Shown in pieces: positions 36,886 to 41,886 of a stretch of 41,886 nt of DNA. The notes beneath the pieces were generated by a model, which had not been told where the DNA came from, searched no databases, and saw only the letters and a list, made by a program, of their open reading frames with translations. Positions within the stretch are counted from its first letter, which is position 1. Every line of letters begins with the position of its first letter. The position numbers were made by a program, and so were the translations under genes. The stretch is from Bigelowiella natans CCMP2755 (taxonomy: Eukaryota; Protista; Cercozoa), in NCBI GenBank assembly GCA_000320545.1, contig ADNK01001929.1, positions 1-41,886 of the forward strand, read 5' to 3'.

Positions 36886-38528
36886 TAGGGCTGGGCACAA
36901 ATGCTTGAAAAAAAACATGTTTGCAAACATGTTTGAACAAACATCATTTGTTCAAATGATCAAACACTTGTTTGCATGAGCTAGAGCAGCATTTGTGCGT
37001 TTGAACAAACCAAATGTGAGTTTGCAAGTGTTTGGCATTTGGAAATAATTTTTCAAAATGTTCGCATTTGTTCAAACCAAACCAAATCAAATGCACTTGC
37101 AAATGTTTTTGGAAATGTTTCAAGAAAATCACCAAAATTGAGCTTTTGCATGCGTCTAGCGTGGCCAATCATCACCGACATTGCTAGCTAAATTTGAGAT
37201 CGCCTGAGTTTGCGTTGTTGGTGAATTTCTGAAGAAAAATCACCTACGTGGCCACGGCGACCAGGCTAGCTAGCTAGGCCTGCGCATGTGCTGCGCATGC
37301 GCAGCATGAACGCACGCAGCCGCCATGCCATGCGCTGGCACACGTGCTGCGCACTGCTGCTCTAGTGCTGTTGGACTGCACATGCCAGCATGTGCATTGC
37401 TAGATTGTGACGGACCATTGAAAAAAGTGACAGATCATTTCATTGCATCCGTCTCGCTGCCATCTCGCCAGCATCTCGCACTGATGAAACTTCATTGCTG
37501 CTAGCTCCAGTCAGCTAGGGCTAGCTAGTCAGCAGCACGTGCAGCAGCTGCTGTTGCGATCGTGCACATCTTGCGAGAGCGCAGCTCATTCTCATTGGTG
37601 CAACAAACTAGCAATCAAAAACATGTGTCTGCAACATGCTGCATTGCTTTTGCTTCCCTGATTTCACCAAAGAAACAACCAATCAGATGCCATGCTGGCA
37701 CTGTTTCAAATTGCATTCACAATTGACAACCCCACCCGCAGGGCTTGTCATTTTCCATCAGAATGCATCTTTGTGCATGAAGCTCCATTTTGGAGAAGCA
37801 TCTCTCGGCATGAAAAGGAAAATGATGATTTGAAGCTACGTCAGTCGAGTCCGAACGCATCTTCTCGTTGTGTGGCTTGACACTGACAGCGCGTCGAAGT
37901 GCATTGTCGACAGACACAGCTGAAGCATTGGCAATGCTCAACAAATTGTCTGTGTGTCAAAGTTGGACAGAATTTGGAAAGTTCTCAAACACGAGAAAGG
38001 CGCAGCTGGAGGTTCAAAAGTGGAGAAAAATAGTTCCTGAGTCTGCGTGGGGCTGAGTCCTGAGTCCTGAGTAGCCATGAGACGGATGTAATGAAGTGAT
38101 TAAATCTTTTGAATGGCAGCATGTGTGCGCCATGATGCTGCACATCTACATGCGCATGGCGTCTACGCAACAACTATGTCCATCCACAATGAGTTGTGAA
38201 GTTGTGCCTGTGCGATTGTTTGTTCCCTTTGTCACACGTTGCACAATGCGCATTCAAATGCATTGCGATTTGGTCTGTCATGTCGTGCTTTGCGTGCAGC
38301 TGCGCGGGAACGTTTCAAATTTTTCAATTTGTTTGCAAATGATTTTTACAGGAAAATGTTTGCAATGTTTGCAAATGCATTTGCAAATACTGCTTCTTGT
38401 TCGAACATTCTTTGAACAAACCAAACACTAGTTTCGCGACATGTAGGCATTGTTTGTTCAAATCAAACACTTGTTCAGAAGCAAAGCAAAGTATTTCCAA
38501 ATAAAAAAAATGTTTGTGCCCAGCTCAA
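36886..38528. mobile_element. Non-autonomous hAT-like DNA transposon (~1.64 kb)
   Basis: TIRs TAGGGCTGGGCACAAA (36886) and TTTGTGCCCAGCTCAA (ending 38528). 8-bp TSD ACTACCAC / ACTACTAC. Arrays of CAAA(T/C)(A/G)C-type subterminal motifs at both ends. No intact transposase. Confidence 0.85.
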
Positions 38529-38559
38529 ACTACTACTACGACATAATCGAGCCAACTAC

Positions 38560-38785
38560 TGCTACTGTCGTCAATGTGTCCCAACATCAGTCACACTATT
38601 GTTCATCATCTTGTGTAGACAAGCTAGCAGGCCTTCAAAGCTTTTGGTAGTGCCGTCAATCTAATTAGCTATTGGATGAAGTCATCGCCGCATAAGATTG
38701 GAACTGCCCTCGGAGCGAGTGGTAGAACAGTTTACAATGATAGAGTCTGTTATTACATCGTATTTGTTTAGCATCAAGTGAGTGC
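38560..38785 (-). pseudogene. Degenerate duplicate of one POP4 exon plus adjacent intron
   Basis: Aligns to 39840-40023 (shared tcatcatcttgt, tcgccgcataagattggaactgc, tgtttagcatcaagtgagtgc) with indels and many transitions. Confidence 0.85.
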
Positions 38786-39010
38786 CTATGCTACAGCGAT
38801 GCCGCTAGCGATTGTCATGGCCTAATTTTATTTGTCGGGCGACGCACATGCATAGCGTTTCTCCATGTGCTATGTCGAGATGTTAAGCAATGATTGTGAT
38901 AGGAACGATTGTGTTCTATGAGCATGTATCGTATGCTTTTAATGACGTACGTAGTAATATACATTTGGAACGGCTCATCGATATCGCTTGCTTTAATTAG
39001 GCCTTTTGAT

Positions 39011-40472
39011 CTAAAGACTCTTCTTCTTTACGACGAAAAGTCTGTTTTTGCAGAAATCCAACCGGTAAACCACAGAACATTGCCATTTTGGTATCACTAT
39101 AAATGGAAAAAAAATCGAAAAAGAGAAAGTAAAAACGGGAAAGGATTTAGGACAAAGAATTAGGACAATAGGATCTCGGAAAATGGAAGAAAGTAATGTA
39201 ACAATTCAAGCTTCAATTTCTGAACGATGCTAAGTATGAATAGGTCAAAACAATAGCATCAGTTGGGCATAAATACTTCTAATAGCACCTTTTATGCGAT
39301 TTCTTTTGGTTATTATACGGAAAGTATTTTGCGAGTTCTCGATAACGATTCCACTAATACCCACAAGAGAAGGCGCACTGCTCTCACACACTAACAAAAT
39401 AACATCATCATCGTTGGCATGTAATCATTGTTAACAAGGCAGCATACGCACCTTATTTCAAAAATATCTACAATTACCTTCAATTTCACAGCCTGTTAAA
39501 TCCAAAGCACCCCCCATTTCTGCAAGAATCTGGGATGAACTAAGTGTAGTAGTAGGGATAGAAAGAGAAGCAGATTTTGCCAAAGCACACAAAAAATAAA
39601 AGTTGTATTAGGCAGAAGAGTAATCGGAGAGGGGGTTGATATCTCTACTACCAAAAGCTTAAGCATCTATAATATAGCTAGTTGCAGAGCGGATAAGTAT
39701 TTGACTTTTTTTTCACTCACAGAGCTCATGCGAAATTATATTATGCAGGATCATAATATTGCTTTCTTCTTCTTCTTCTTCTTCTTCTTCTACTACTACT
39801 GCTACTACTACTATCAGCACCACTACAACTACCCTATTACTGTTGTTCAACATGTTCCAATATCAGTCATCATCTTGTTTAGACAAACCAGCATTCTCCA
39901 AAGCCTTTGATGGTGCTGTTAATCTTCTTATTATTGAATAAAGTCCTCGCCGCATAAGATTGGAACTGCTCTCGAAGTGGCAAGAACAATTCATATCGTA
40001 TATGTTTAGCATCAAGTGAGTGCAATTTTGCTTCCTTTAGCGCCCTATCAAATGGAAAATGATGATCGTAAATTAGGCTTAGATGAGCAAATGCATTGGT
40101 GAAAAAACGATGATTATGTTGAAAATTACTTCAGTTAGAGGGAATTCAGTGACGAAATAATGAGTGATCATCATCATCATCATCAAGACACTCGATGGTG
40201 ATTGTGTGTGGACAAATACACTACTAAGTGTTGTTCACTAAGTTTGAAATAATGATCGATCATCAATGACACCCGTCGCTTCAACCGATATATCATCGAT
40301 GCAACGAATCTACTCTCTTTTTCACACCATTCACTATGTATTATAACCCTTACAATACCATAGTAAAGTATGGACATTACCTGGATCCCATAATTTCTAT
40401 CGTGGCTAATCGTTTCTGTCTTCGTCGATTTGATTGAGAGAAACTATTGTTGTGCGTATATAATGTAATTAC

Positions 40473-40503
<31 letters not shown>

Positions 40504-41053
40504 AAAGAAGAAGAGGAACTATATGCCACAAGATATATTCATCTTCTCCTTCGATCAATGTTGTTTCTATTTGTGCTAATAATATACACTACTTTTGTTG
40601 TTGCTCTCTATAGCAATGAATGCTACCTTGGAGACCGTTGAGTAGGATTGCTGAGTAGAAGCACTTTCCCGTGTACCTATAAGCCGAGATAACACTATAA
40701 GACGACTTATTAGGTCCATAGACTACACGTAGTACTATACTACTACTGTTACTACTACTACTACTACTAGTACTAGTACTACTGCTACTACTATTTAGAA
40801 GAGAACACATGTGTTGCCATTGTTTGATTGAGGATCATCAACAACTTCGCAGAATGATCATGTTGCGGTGTATTAAATTAACAACCTTTCTTCGGTAGTT
40901 TTGATCTCCCACTGACCCAGCTGGAAGGTAGGTCTTGACAAACTTTTTAATAGTTTCAATCTTTTCATTGCCCTGGGAGATGCTGTTGCTGTCTCGCCGT
41001 ACCCTTTTCCTGCTGCCCCTGGGTCGTAGTTGAGGGTGTTTCCAACCTTCCAT
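39011..41053 (-). CDS. POP4: Ribonuclease P/MRP subunit p29 (POP4/RPP29), 7 exons
   Basis: The spliced product contains KVLLLSNP, IRYELFLPLREQFQSY, LDLTGCEIEVCESSAPSLVGISGIVIENSQNTFRIITKRNRIKVIPKWQC. This matches the Rpp29 pattern YxxFLPLHxLWxxY...DLHGAxxxV...PSxVGxxGIVxxETxxxFxIIT...KxIPK. Splice phases are consistent. Confidence 0.85.
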
Positions 41054-41240
41054 TTTTCCTATCTACACGTTCTATTTCCGATCTTTAGTAGGTATCCCTT
41101 GATGTTCGAGGGAGGGAGGTGGGGGGAGGGAGCTTACAACTCACTTCCTCGTCGGCTTTAAGAGGAGAGGATCGCTCGACGATTTCTGTAGCACCAGTAT
41201 TATATCGGCTACTTACTGATAAATAAGATGGGCTAAGATT

Positions 41241-41319
41241 TCATGACGCATGGCAAAAATGTATTGCATTTACATGTATTTTGCGTGTTCATGACGCATG
41301 GCAAAAATGCAGTGCATTT
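41241..41319. repeat. ~31-bp direct repeat pair upstream of POP4
   Basis: TCATGACGCATGGCAAAAATGTATTGCATTT versus TCATGACGCATGGCAAAAATGCAGTGCATTT. Confidence 0.85.
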
Positions 41320-41677
41320 TGTATACATTTGTTTGGAAGAAATACTACGCGGTGCACTAATGAATTATGACACACAGGAGGACCCCCCCTCCCCCCTAGG
41401 TCATTGAACTTACAATGCACTGCAAATGTTACAATTTCTATCTTTGAGATTCCTAAGTTTCAACACACCAGCGATATAAAACTGGGCGAGAAACGAAGGA
41501 GCTTGAAGATCACCACCCTTACAACGTTTCGTTGACGTTAAGAAAGATCCCCACCACCAACAGCTGCAGCGGTTTAAAAAAAGAAAGGGGGGTTGCATTT
41601 CTAGCGGTGCATGCGGGGATATGACCGCTACTCTTTTCACGCACCCGATAGATGTTGTAAAGGTGGCGTTCTATACA

Positions 41678-41734
<57 letters not shown>

Positions 41735-41886
41735 CAATAACATCCTGTTACCAACGAGAACCCCCCCCCCCCCCCCCCCCCTTTCTCTTTGACTAACAAT
41801 AACAGAAGAATAAGAAGAAGGGTTTATGTTTCTTTCATCGCCTATATCCCCTTCCCCTCTTCAAATTTACTCCTGAAAATTTGATG

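Noticed and set aside
36262-38431. Many overlapping 60-110 aa Cys/His/Met-rich ORFs (also at 143-535, 7624-8049 and 18424-18913)
   Set aside because: Expected artefacts of TAA/TAG loss and TG/CA richness. No recognisable domains.

Overview
Left end of a chromosome from an intron-rich microbial eukaryote. Evidence: (CCCTAA)n telomere at 1-127, GT-AG introns, and dense microsatellites in introns. A secondary-plastid alga such as a chlorarachniophyte is my inference from a bipartite-looking presequence and is not proven. Reconstructed genes: GH99 endo-alpha-mannosidase; a DUF707-like protein; a selenocysteine-containing MsrB with a 3'UTR SECIS and a C-terminal CaaX-like end; an intron-containing BluB-like (DMB synthase) gene divergent from it; a ~10 kb NHL/REJ/GPS/7TM adhesion-receptor-like gene; IMPDH; POP4/RPP29; and three hypothetical genes. 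A 1.64 kb non-autonomous hAT-like element and other dispersed repeats lie between genes. The most striking signal is compositional. In the repeat and subtelomeric blocks (about 130-720, 17750-19400, 30250-31080, 35850-38530) TpA is almost eliminated and TpG/CpA are enriched, while CpG is retained. Nearly all surviving TpA sites are in CTA or TAG context, above all CTAG. This points to a repeat-targeted, context-specific A:T->G:C hypermutation process, the reverse direction of fungal RIP. All counts were made by hand and are approximate.
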